Virus record (IMG/VR): IMGVR_UViG_3300005264_001596
Direction: 5' to 3' (one strand)
DNA: 64,000 bases
DNA from: an uncultured virus (IMG/VR IMGVR_UViG_3300005264_001596)
Lineage: Duplodnaviria; Heunggongvirae; Uroviricota; Caudoviricetes
Shown: one piece after another, positions 51,214-59,926 of the stretch
Numbering within the stretch: the first letter of the stretch is position 1
How the letters are laid out: each line of letters opens with the position of its first letter
Position numbers and translations under genes: made by a program
The notes under the pieces: generated by a model
Told to the model about the DNA's origin: nothing
Seen by the model: the letters and a program-made list of their open reading frames with translations, nothing else
Database searches by the model: none

Positions 51214-51975
51214 ATGACATTTGAAGAAAAAAAACAAGAATTTATAGAATATTTGATTGGAGTTATTGAAACTCTTGAAGGAGGTAAAAATAAAAAGAAT
51301 GCAACTCATTTGAGAGAAAAATTTGAATCAATGAATGAACAAAAATTTATTAATTATTTTAGAAAATTCTTTAAAGATGAAGATATGAATTTAACCCTTA
51401 ATGTTGAACCAGGTGAAGATAATTTATGTATGAAAGATATAATAAAAGCTGCTAAAAAGGCAGATGTTGAATTATTTGATAATATTGCATTACCATATTT
51501 ATCTAAAGATGCTAATAATCCTATAATAACACAAAATAAAATTATGACTGGATACATTAATGGTCGACGTCTACAACAAAGGGTTAGAAAGAAAAACTCT
51601 ACATCTATATCAATTTCTAAGAGAGATCCTAGATATAATCAGGTAACAGGTGAAGATAAGATTGGTCGTATTACAGATTGGGAAACAAGAGCTTTAGAAG
51701 TGCAAGGTGCTAAAAGTGCATTAAAAGAATTCTTTGGTCCACGTTCAGATGATTCTGTATCAAAAGAACAAATGTATCAAAGTATAATTGAAAAAGGTAC
51801 AGTTAGTTTGAAAGATTTAGATATAAGTAAATTTAATAAACAGTCATTAATTACAGCAAATGATTTTTTTATTGCTGCTATGGTTGGTAATGATTTACTT
51901 ACTAGAGAATATTTATTACCAAGAACTTTAAAATATGGTAAAAAGGATGCAACTGGATTGAAACGTGGTAAGTAA
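51214..51975 (+). CDS. rpoB: RNA polymerase beta subunit, short C-terminal fragment (probably virion RNAP)
   Basis: GYINGRRLQQRVRKK, NQVTG, GRITDWETRAL, ALKEFFGPRSDD...MY..I align with the RpoB C-terminus; AACA motif at 51188. Confidence 0.8.
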   Translation: MTFEEKKQEFIEYLIGVIETLEGGKNKKNATHLREKFESMNEQKFINYFRKFFKDEDMNLTLNVEPGEDNLCMKDIIKAAKKADVELFDNIALPYLSKDANNPIITQNKIMTGYINGRRLQQRVRKKNSTSISISKRDPRYNQVTGEDKIGRITDWETRALEVQGAKSALKEFFGPRSDDSVSKEQMYQSIIEKGTVSLKDLDISKFNKQSLITANDFFIAAMVGNDLLTREYLLPRTLKYGKKDATGLKRGK

Positions 51976-51993
51976 AAGAAGGAGATGTATATA

Positions 51994-52752
51994 ATGAATA
52001 ACTTAGAGAAGTTATTAGAAAGTACTAAAGAAGAACAAAGAGATTCTAGTTTAGATTATTTAAACGAATCTGCAATGATTTTAAATAATACTGAAAATAT
52101 TTTACAAGAATCAACAAAATATATTGTTAAAACACTTGGTAAAATTGAAAAAACATTAAATAAACAAGAAGCTAAATTAAAGTTAATTGATAAAAATGCA
52201 AAATATGATATTAAAAAACCTATGATTGGATATGCATTAATTTCTGAAACAAAAGGTGATATCATAACAGCATCTCAATCAGGAAAATTATTAACTACGT
52301 ATCTTAATGTGATTAAACCTAGTAAAATGGAAAATGCAATAAGACTAATTTTAAATACTTACAGCAAAAATGGTATTTATTTAGATTATATGGAACTTAA
52401 TGGTCATCCTGATAGTATTATATACTCAACACCTAATAAAAATTTAGTTGAAATGAGGAATGTTAGTTATAAAGAAATATCTGAAAGAATTGCAACTGCT
52501 AAAAAATCCATACAAGCTATTGCTAAAATGGATAATGAAACTGACAAAATAAAAGCAGATTTCTTAAAATGGTATGAAGAAGAAAAAGCTAAATTAAAAA
52601 CTATAGATAAGATAAATCATAAAATCAAAAAGAATAATTTTAATCCTGGTGTATTTATAGTATCTAAAACTATAACATCATTAATTAGTTTATATGTAAG
52701 AGATACTGATAAAATGATAAAAAATATTACTAAATTAGAGAAAGGAAAATAA
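51994..52752 (+). CDS. leader-bearing putative internal head protein
   Basis: Identical 78-nt leader, then ILQES and a unique body. Confidence 0.7.
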   Translation: MNNLEKLLESTKEEQRDSSLDYLNESAMILNNTENILQESTKYIVKTLGKIEKTLNKQEAKLKLIDKNAKYDIKKPMIGYALISETKGDIITASQSGKLLTTYLNVIKPSKMENAIRLILNTYSKNGIYLDYMELNGHPDSIIYSTPNKNLVEMRNVSYKEISERIATAKKSIQAIAKMDNETDKIKADFLKWYEEEKAKLKTIDKINHKIKKNNFNPGVFIVSKTITSLISLYVRDTDKMIKNITKLEKGK

Positions 52753-52755
52753 ATT

Positions 52756-52887
52756 ATGAATGATTATGAAAAAGCTAGAAAAGAACAAGAAGAAAAAATT
52801 AAAAATATGATTGAAAGTGGTAGTCAAATGCTTAATGAAGTAGCTGTAGGAGAAACTTTTTCAAATTCAAGAAAAGTTGAGAAATAA
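52756..52887 (+). CDS. 43-aa small protein (not in the ORF track)
   Basis: AAGGA RBS; MNDYEKARKEQEEKIKNMIESGSQMLNEVAV...; contains MIE/LNE motifs. Confidence 0.5.
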   Translation: MNDYEKARKEQEEKIKNMIESGSQMLNEVAVGETFSNSRKVEK

Positions 52888-52917
52888 CAATAATTAAATA
52901 TAAGGAGGAAATATAAT

Positions 52918-53736
52918 ATGAACAATTTAACAAATTTATTAGAAAATATTCAAGATAATAATATTCAAGATAATAATGGTGATTTAAATTATTTATTTGA
53001 ATCTAGGGTAGAAATGGAATTATCAGAAGAATTATTATTATCAGAAGCTGGAGGTTTAAATCTTAATTATAAAACTGATAAACTTTTAGAACAATGGTCA
53101 GTATTTATGAATGATGCAATGACCAAAGTTTTTAAAACTAGAGATATGCAGATTAAAGCCCTTAATAAATTAACTGCAACTCGTAATGTATATAATGCTG
53201 ATAAAGTAGTATCTTTATATCCTGATGTATTAGCAACAGATATGAATAAATTATTTGATATTAAAAAAATGATTAAAATTATAGAATCTGATTTTAATCC
53301 AGATTTGAATTATCGAAATAATGAAAAAGTATTTATTAAAAAATGGTTAAATGATTTGGGTAGTGGAATTATGCAATGGAATTATCTTTGGGTTATATTA
53401 TTGTCAGCCAGTGGAATTGGTTCAATAATTTCTATATTTAGTTCAATTAAATCAATCCTTGCTAGATTACCAAAAACAAAAATTAAAAGTAAAGATGTTA
53501 CTGAAAAAGAACTTAAAAAATATATTGAAGATATGAAGAAAGAAATTAATGGTATTAAAAATCTTTATGATACATTTAAAAAAGCTGGATCTGAGATAAA
53601 TAAAATTGAAGATAAAAAAACCAGAGCATATGCATACTGGGTATTTAAATCAGCTATATTTAGAGCAGATAGTATAATTGAAATGAAATATCAACATATT
53701 GTTACTATTTATAAACAAAAAATGAAGAAAAAATAA
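52918..53736 (+). CDS. leader-bearing putative internal head protein
   Basis: MNNLTNLLEN...LNYLFES...LLSEA; one hydrophobic segment; terminator at 53744-53767. Confidence 0.65.
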   Translation: MNNLTNLLENIQDNNIQDNNGDLNYLFESRVEMELSEELLLSEAGGLNLNYKTDKLLEQWSVFMNDAMTKVFKTRDMQIKALNKLTATRNVYNADKVVSLYPDVLATDMNKLFDIKKMIKIIESDFNPDLNYRNNEKVFIKKWLNDLGSGIMQWNYLWVILLSASGIGSIISIFSSIKSILARLPKTKIKSKDVTEKELKKYIEDMKKEINGIKNLYDTFKKAGSEINKIEDKKTRAYAYWVFKSAIFRADSIIEMKYQHIVTIYKQKMKKK

Positions 53737-53772
53737 TTTTAATAATAGAGGGATAATACCCTCTATTTTTTT

Positions 53773-54492
53773 TTGAAATTTAGATTAACTAGAACTCAAA
53801 GAAAAATTAGATTTGCATTATTGTTAATATGTACTGCATACCTTATAACAATAGGTGTAAAAAATATAACACATGAAAAACATGAAGTGATTAATAATGA
53901 TATCGTATATGCGATTGAAAATATATCAGTTCAAGAATCAGTAGAACCAAAAACATTTATTGCAAATTTAAAAGAAACAAATTTATTAAAAAGACAATAT
54001 GAAATCATGAAACCTTTAATTGAAACAATCAGCGAATATAATAAATTAAATAAGTATATCTCAAAGTATAAAGGTAATGATTTTACTGTTGATGATTATT
54101 TAATGGTTAAAGAAGTATCAAATTATTATGGCGTTCCAATTGAAATATCATTAGCAATCATAGAAGTTGAAAGTAATTTTTATTCAGCTGCTGCTAATCC
54201 AGATTCTTCTGCTGGTGGATATTATCAAGTACTTTCTTCTACTGGTAAATGGTTATATGAAAAAGTATTACCTGAAGAAATACGAACTAAGTATGGTGCT
54301 TGGTCTGATGATATGAGATTTAATAAAGAAATAAGTATTTATCTTGGAAACTCATATTTAGCTTTTAATTATAAAGGTGACTGGAGTAGAAGTATTCGAA
54401 GATATTATGGAAGTATTCATGAAGAAAATAACAATATTTATCTAAATAAAGTAATAAATAAAACTAATAATATTTTAAAAGAAGTATATTAA
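53773..54492 (+). CDS. membrane-anchored lytic transglycosylase (SLT family)
   Basis: N-terminal TM; AIIEVESNF (catalytic Glu), SAGGYYQV, IYLGNSYL. Confidence 0.8.
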   Translation: MKFRLTRTQRKIRFALLLICTAYLITIGVKNITHEKHEVINNDIVYAIENISVQESVEPKTFIANLKETNLLKRQYEIMKPLIETISEYNKLNKYISKYKGNDFTVDDYLMVKEVSNYYGVPIEISLAIIEVESNFYSAAANPDSSAGGYYQVLSSTGKWLYEKVLPEEIRTKYGAWSDDMRFNKEISIYLGNSYLAFNYKGDWSRSIRRYYGSIHEENNNIYLNKVINKTNNILKEVY

Positions 54493-54583
54493 AAAAGAAA
54501 ATAATGCATTTTCTTTTTTTTTATTCACACATAACATTATAATATAATAAAAGTATAAAAAATAAGAAAGGAGAATTTAATAA

Positions 54584-55096
54584 ATGCTTTGTTTAGATTT
54601 TAATAGAGAATGTAGAAAATGTAATATTTGTGAACACTTTAGATCAACTGATGCAAATCAAAGCAATAAAAAAGAAATAGATTTATATATTAATGAGATA
54701 AGTTTAAGTTATATGGATTTTGATACTATAAGATTATTAAAAAAGATATTAGATTATTCAGTAACACTAAAAATTAATAAAATCCCTGTGGATATTATTA
54801 AAGAATATGCAATAAAAATGAATTGGAATCATGTTTCAATGTTCCAATATATTGATGAAAATATAATTACTGATTATGGACATTTAATAGAAGAAAATAG
54901 AATTGATTTAAATTTTAAAGAATTTAATATTATTAAATTTATGGAAAGACTAGAATTTGATGATTTTAAAAAGTTTTTAATTGAAAATAAATTATCAAAT
55001 AAATGTATATGTTTAAATCAGTTAATTAAATTAACACCAAATATATATTTAGAAAAATATTATGATTTAATAATAGATATTATTAAAGATTTATAA
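54584..55096 (+). CDS. hypothetical protein, Cys-rich N-terminus
   Basis: C....RECRKCNIC. Confidence 0.6.
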   Translation: MLCLDFNRECRKCNICEHFRSTDANQSNKKEIDLYINEISLSYMDFDTIRLLKKILDYSVTLKINKIPVDIIKEYAIKMNWNHVSMFQYIDENIITDYGHLIEENRIDLNFKEFNIIKFMERLEFDDFKKFLIENKLSNKCICLNQLIKLTPNIYLEKYYDLIIDIIKDL

Positions 55097-55263
55097 TGGC
55101 TTACATAAGCCATTATTTTTCTGTCATATAAAGTTTTTGGTTATATATTATATAAATGAAAATAAATATTACTATCAACATTTTTTAGTAATACAACTTA
55201 ATTTTAAGGAGGACATAAATATGTCAGTAAATGATACAATAGAAAACATGGTGGATTTATCGA

Positions 55264-56349
55264 ATGAAAGATTTAATGACTAATACATTAGTATTAGGAT
55301 TAGGTCAAGCAGGCGGTAATGTAACAAGTCTTGCATATGAAAGAAATATTTTAACAGCAGCAATTAATACATCACAAAAAGATCTATATGAAACAAATGC
55401 TCATATCAAAATTCATATGAGTGATATTGATGGTTCAGGTAAAGATAGAGATTTTTCGTTCGAGATGTTTAAAGAAAATTATCAATCTCTTTTACAACCA
55501 ATATTTGATTTAATTGATTCCAATGATATTAATAATATTGCAATTGTTGCATCTGGAACAGGTGGAACAGGTTCAGGAATCTTTGCACCAGTATTAGCAT
55601 TTTTAAATAATAAATATGGTGATAAACTTATTTATGGCGTAGCCATTTTAGGTTCAATTAAAGAAGATTACTTAGCTCAGTCAAATGCAAAAGAATTTTT
55701 AAAAGAAGTTGACGAAAAACTCAGTGTTCCTTATATGATTTTCGATAATGACTCTGTAGAAGGTAATGTTCATGAGGTTTACAAAACAATTAATAATGAT
55801 ATCATCAATAAAATATGTGTTATTGATGGTTACATGTATGATGCATCTGATATAGCTAATATCGATAATAGTGACAAAACTAGATTGTATAAATCTGGAA
55901 GATTTTTAATATCTACAATTGATAATATAAGTACATCTTTAACTAATGATATTGATGCTGAAGATAATATCATTTCATCTATAAGAAAAAGTCATCAAAC
56001 TGATATTGGTGAATTTGTAGACACATATGGAATTTATATTAATTCAAATGATTTAAATAAATTTGATTATAATTTTGTAAAATTACAAAATGAATTTGGT
56101 CAATCAGTAACGATGTTTAAACACATTCAATTGTATAATGGTAAATCTCCAGAAATTGCTGTTATTATGACAGGACTAGAATCTCCAGTTGATAGATTTA
56201 ATCTTATTGATAGAAGAATGTCTGAATATGAATCAAAAGAACGAAGAGCATTACCAAATTCAAATAAAATGAGTATTCCATTTGGTGAAAGAGTTGCAGT
56301 TGAAAAAATTAATGATGATGATGATTTGCTTGGATTATTTACAAGATAA
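55264..56349 (+). CDS. tubulin/FtsZ-family GTPase (TubZ/PhuZ-like)
   Basis: GLGQAGGN, AINTS..D, GSGKD, SGTGGTGSG signature, FDN, IDNSD. Confidence 0.9.
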   Translation: MKDLMTNTLVLGLGQAGGNVTSLAYERNILTAAINTSQKDLYETNAHIKIHMSDIDGSGKDRDFSFEMFKENYQSLLQPIFDLIDSNDINNIAIVASGTGGTGSGIFAPVLAFLNNKYGDKLIYGVAILGSIKEDYLAQSNAKEFLKEVDEKLSVPYMIFDNDSVEGNVHEVYKTINNDIINKICVIDGYMYDASDIANIDNSDKTRLYKSGRFLISTIDNISTSLTNDIDAEDNIISSIRKSHQTDIGEFVDTYGIYINSNDLNKFDYNFVKLQNEFGQSVTMFKHIQLYNGKSPEIAVIMTGLESPVDRFNLIDRRMSEYESKERRALPNSNKMSIPFGERVAVEKINDDDDLLGLFTR

Positions 56350-56366
56350 AATAGGAGGTATAAATT

Positions 56367-57338
56367 ATGAATGGTGGATTTATATTAAAATTTAAAAAGA
56401 ATGATGATAATTATAAGGTAGATTTTAATAATTCTAAATCAAAAGATTTAAGAGAAACATTTAAATCTCCTAAAAAAGCTTCTAAACTATCAGAAGTTCG
56501 AGTAAAAGAGTTAGTTGTAAAATCTTTCTCTGCATTATTACAAGATATAGAAAGAGGATCAGGATATGATTATTTTGATACTCTTTTTAATAATATTGCA
56601 TTTGCTAAAATATTTATTGATATTATTGATAAGTACAAGAATAATAAAAGAATAGAGCGAATGATGTCAAGGATAATAGATTTATTATCTAAATATTATA
56701 ATAAAGAAGATGAAGATACAGAATTAGAGAAAGTACATTATATAAATAATAGATATAAGCATTTCTTAGAAAACGAAACTTGGAATAGAAACCAAAATAT
56801 GGCTTTTCTAATAAAAGATAATGATATAAGATTTCAGTTAATTATTAAATCATATAATGTAAGAAACGCAGTTTATTTATATACTAGAATAGCAAATGAT
56901 GTTAAGAAAAAACCTAAAGATGCTTGGCAAATATTAATTGATATGATGGAGGATTTTGATGAAGGTAAAATAATTGGTGAAATTTTATCTACAAGAAAAA
57001 GATTAACTCCAAAGTTAACAGAATATGTTTATCAAATGGTTGATGAAGCTGGACAAGATGTTTTATATGATGCTTTAGTTTATTTTGCTAAAAGAGAAAA
57101 GAATACATTAGCTATGGATATAAATAAGACAAGACACAAGACCATGTTATTAACATATCTTGAAAATAATAATATGAGAATTAAAAAGATAAAATCATAT
57201 ATGAAAGAAATAATAAGAGACGATATTACATTAGTAGATACATTCGATCATATTCTTAAAAATGAAGAGTTGTTTAAAGGTGAAAGAATATATAGATTCT
57301 CTAATATTGAAAATAAAAATATGATTAACTTACAATAA
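56367..57338 (+). CDS. hypothetical protein
   Basis: AGGAGG RBS; same operon as the tubulin. Confidence 0.65.
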   Translation: MNGGFILKFKKNDDNYKVDFNNSKSKDLRETFKSPKKASKLSEVRVKELVVKSFSALLQDIERGSGYDYFDTLFNNIAFAKIFIDIIDKYKNNKRIERMMSRIIDLLSKYYNKEDEDTELEKVHYINNRYKHFLENETWNRNQNMAFLIKDNDIRFQLIIKSYNVRNAVYLYTRIANDVKKKPKDAWQILIDMMEDFDEGKIIGEILSTRKRLTPKLTEYVYQMVDEAGQDVLYDALVYFAKREKNTLAMDINKTRHKTMLLTYLENNNMRIKKIKSYMKEIIRDDITLVDTFDHILKNEELFKGERIYRFSNIENKNMINLQ

Positions 57339-57349
57339 AAAAAGAGGAG

Positions 57350-58183
57350 ATGAGTACTATGATAGAAAATTTTATAGATTTAGATTTAACAATTCCAACG
57401 ACTAAACCGAATATATTTAAAATACATCAAACAGAAAAAGGTAAAACTTTTGGTATAATTGATAATGAAATGTTATTCGGTATACCAATCGATAATAGTG
57501 TTAGAAACTCCAGTATACTTAATATGAAAGGTAAAGTTAAAAGTATTGCTAATGGTGATAAAACTCGTAATATTGTTACAATAGTTGATGATAATGATGA
57601 TGAAGATGATACATTTGATATTTATTCATTTTATAATTATTGTGATCTAGGTATTATAACTGAAGCACATATTATTTCTGGATTTAGCATTAAAGGATTT
57701 TCTGATATTGATAGAAAAAGAATTGGTATGTATTTAGTTCCTGATTATTCATCAGGAAATAAGGAGTTATTATTAAAGATTATTATTAAAAAATATAGTG
57801 GTGAATTAACTACCATAATTTATGATTTAATAAATGACCAAATTAAGAATGATACTATTAGCATTAAAATGAAAAATAAAGATTTACTTAATTCGTATCA
57901 AGATATGCTTAATACTTTAGATTTTGCTGATAAACTCACTGATGAAACAATTCATTATTATTTTGATAAGAATAAATATGATAGAATTATATTTAATTTA
58001 AATGTCAGATTATCAAAAGAAGAATATGATGTTTTATATACAAAAACAGTGGAATTTAATAATTTATATAATCCTTATATATTTAAAAGAATAGGATTAA
58101 AAAATATAATTAATAAATCAGGTGAAACAACTGAATTTTATGATGCATTTATGAAATCATTAAATTCATATAAAAATAAATAA
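57350..58183 (+). CDS. hypothetical protein
   Basis: GAGGAG RBS. Confidence 0.65.
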   Translation: MSTMIENFIDLDLTIPTTKPNIFKIHQTEKGKTFGIIDNEMLFGIPIDNSVRNSSILNMKGKVKSIANGDKTRNIVTIVDDNDDEDDTFDIYSFYNYCDLGIITEAHIISGFSIKGFSDIDRKRIGMYLVPDYSSGNKELLLKIIIKKYSGELTTIIYDLINDQIKNDTISIKMKNKDLLNSYQDMLNTLDFADKLTDETIHYYFDKNKYDRIIFNLNVRLSKEEYDVLYTKTVEFNNLYNPYIFKRIGLKNIINKSGETTEFYDAFMKSLNSYKNK

Positions 58184-58226
58184 GGGTCAAACCTTATTTT
58201 TTGTTAAGACATGGGAGGTCTACAAT

Positions 58227-59477
58227 ATGGCAGCTAAAAAAGGTCCAAACTTTTTAGATGAATTAGAAAAAACAGTTAAAAAATATCAATATCTTTCAGA
58301 AGATAAAGATATTATGTTAACAACTGGATTATTAACTTTAGATTATGGAAATGGTAAAAGAATTAAAGTATATGATGATGATAATAATATTATTGATGAA
58401 TATGATGAACTTGGAGTTGCTATGGGTAGCGTAAATGGATTTACAGGAGAATCTTCTACAGGTAAATCTGCACTTGCTTATATATGTGCTGGTTCAATTA
58501 TGGCAACATATGACCAATCTGATGTACATATAATTGATGTTGAAGATTCATTTGATAAAGAACGTTTTAAAAATCTTACAAACTTATCAGCATCTACATT
58601 AAAGAAACGTATGAATATTCTTAAAACTGATGTCGTTGAAGAAATGGCAGATTATATTGTTAAATTAGTTAAAGAAAAACTTACAAGAGTTACTGAATTA
58701 ACTATAGATTCAGGTAAACGCAATATGTTCAATGAGCCTATACAATTTCTTACACCAACTGTTATAATTATTGACTCTTGGAGTAAACTTACAACTAGAA
58801 GTCAATTAGTAAAAGCTTTTGATGAAAGTTCTAAACAGGAATATGAAAATAATATGCAAGGTGCAACAAGAGCTAAAACCCTTAATGCTATTATTAAATT
58901 AATGTCTAAATTAGCAACTATTGCCAATGTTACATTTCTTGTAGTTCATCATACAACAGATGTTATTCAAGCGGGTTTTATATCTAAGGCTGCTCAGAAT
59001 ATGCATATGGGTGGAGGTAAACATATAACAGGAGGAAAACAATCCATATATTTATCAAATAATTTAATAGAAACTGGTAATATGGGTAAACTAATTGCAA
59101 ATGGTAGTAGAAGTCCAAATTATGGAGTTGATGGTTTTTTAGTAGGTATGAAAGTTGCTAAGAGTAGAACTAATTCTACAGGTAAAATTCTTGAAGCAGT
59201 ATTTGATTATAGACTAGGTGGATTTAATAGATTGCTTACATTATTCCACTATGCTGCTAAGAATGAGATCATTCAAGGTGGAGGACAAAAATATTATTTT
59301 GAAAGTTATCCTGAGGTTACATTCTCTAAAAAGAATTTTGAAAAAGTGGCAAGAAAAAATCCTAAGTTAGTAAGTGTTTTATTCGATGAATGTAAAAATA
59401 GTCTTTCATCACTTCTATCCAATACATCAAATTTTGACATAGATGATGAAATTGATATTATGGATGCATTATATTAA
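58227..59477 (+). CDS. recA: RecA/UvsX-like recombinase
   Basis: TTGLLTLD, Walker A GESSTGKS, IDVE, Walker B IIIDSW, GGK, KSR; terminator at 59484-59511. Confidence 0.85.
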   Translation: MAAKKGPNFLDELEKTVKKYQYLSEDKDIMLTTGLLTLDYGNGKRIKVYDDDNNIIDEYDELGVAMGSVNGFTGESSTGKSALAYICAGSIMATYDQSDVHIIDVEDSFDKERFKNLTNLSASTLKKRMNILKTDVVEEMADYIVKLVKEKLTRVTELTIDSGKRNMFNEPIQFLTPTVIIIDSWSKLTTRSQLVKAFDESSKQEYENNMQGATRAKTLNAIIKLMSKLATIANVTFLVVHHTTDVIQAGFISKAAQNMHMGGGKHITGGKQSIYLSNNLIETGNMGKLIANGSRSPNYGVDGFLVGMKVAKSRTNSTGKILEAVFDYRLGGFNRLLTLFHYAAKNEIIQGGGQKYYFESYPEVTFSKKNFEKVARKNPKLVSVLFDECKNSLSSLLSNTSNFDIDDEIDIMDALY

Positions 59478-59535
59478 ATTAATTAGATGTAGTCATTTTT
59501 GACTACATCTATTTATTTCAAAAGGAGTCTAAAAT

Positions 59536-59880
59536 ATGAAAGTAAATGTCACAACGACAAATGAAGAATTTATAAATAAATGTATTACTATAATTAAAAA
59601 GAATATTAATAGCACTGTAACAATGAATAGTTTTAAAGAATTTATATTTAATGCTTCATTATTCGATGATAAATTTTATATAGTTGTATTTAAAGATAAT
59701 ACAGTTACTATAATGGATACCAATTTAAATGGATATGGTTATATTACATTTACACATCCAAAAATTTATGAAGATATAAAAGATCGTATGTTTCCTGAAG
59801 ATACTTTTATTGATTTACAAAAAGATAATGTTGCCAAAACATTTAATCATTATTCTAGTTTAATTGATAATCTTCTTTAA
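59536..59880 (+). CDS. hypothetical protein
   Basis: AAGGAG RBS. Confidence 0.6.
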   Translation: MKVNVTTTNEEFINKCITIIKKNINSTVTMNSFKEFIFNASLFDDKFYIVVFKDNTVTIMDTNLNGYGYITFTHPKIYEDIKDRMFPEDTFIDLQKDNVAKTFNHYSSLIDNLL

Positions 59881-59926
59881 GCATATATTATAAGTATGAA
59901 TAATAAAATAGAAGGAGAGTATAAAA

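Larger units (their letters stand above)
47436..52071 (+). repeat. dispersed RBS plus leader repeat; copies start at 47436, 48159, 48629, 50141 and 51994, with degenerate copies at 49207 and 52918
   Basis: 48159-48260 versus 48629-48730 differ at 5 of 102 nt; 51994-52071 is identical to 48629-48706. Confidence 0.95.

Noticed and set aside
47436..52071. Leader repeats as a diversity-generating retroelement or CRISPR-like array
   Set aside because: Repeats are in-frame N-terminal coding segments, the variation includes C/T changes and codon indels, and no reverse transcriptase or cas gene is in the window
55264..58183. Phage-nucleus (chimallin) system implied by the tubulin
   Set aside because: No shell protein recognisable here; tubulin alone is not evidence
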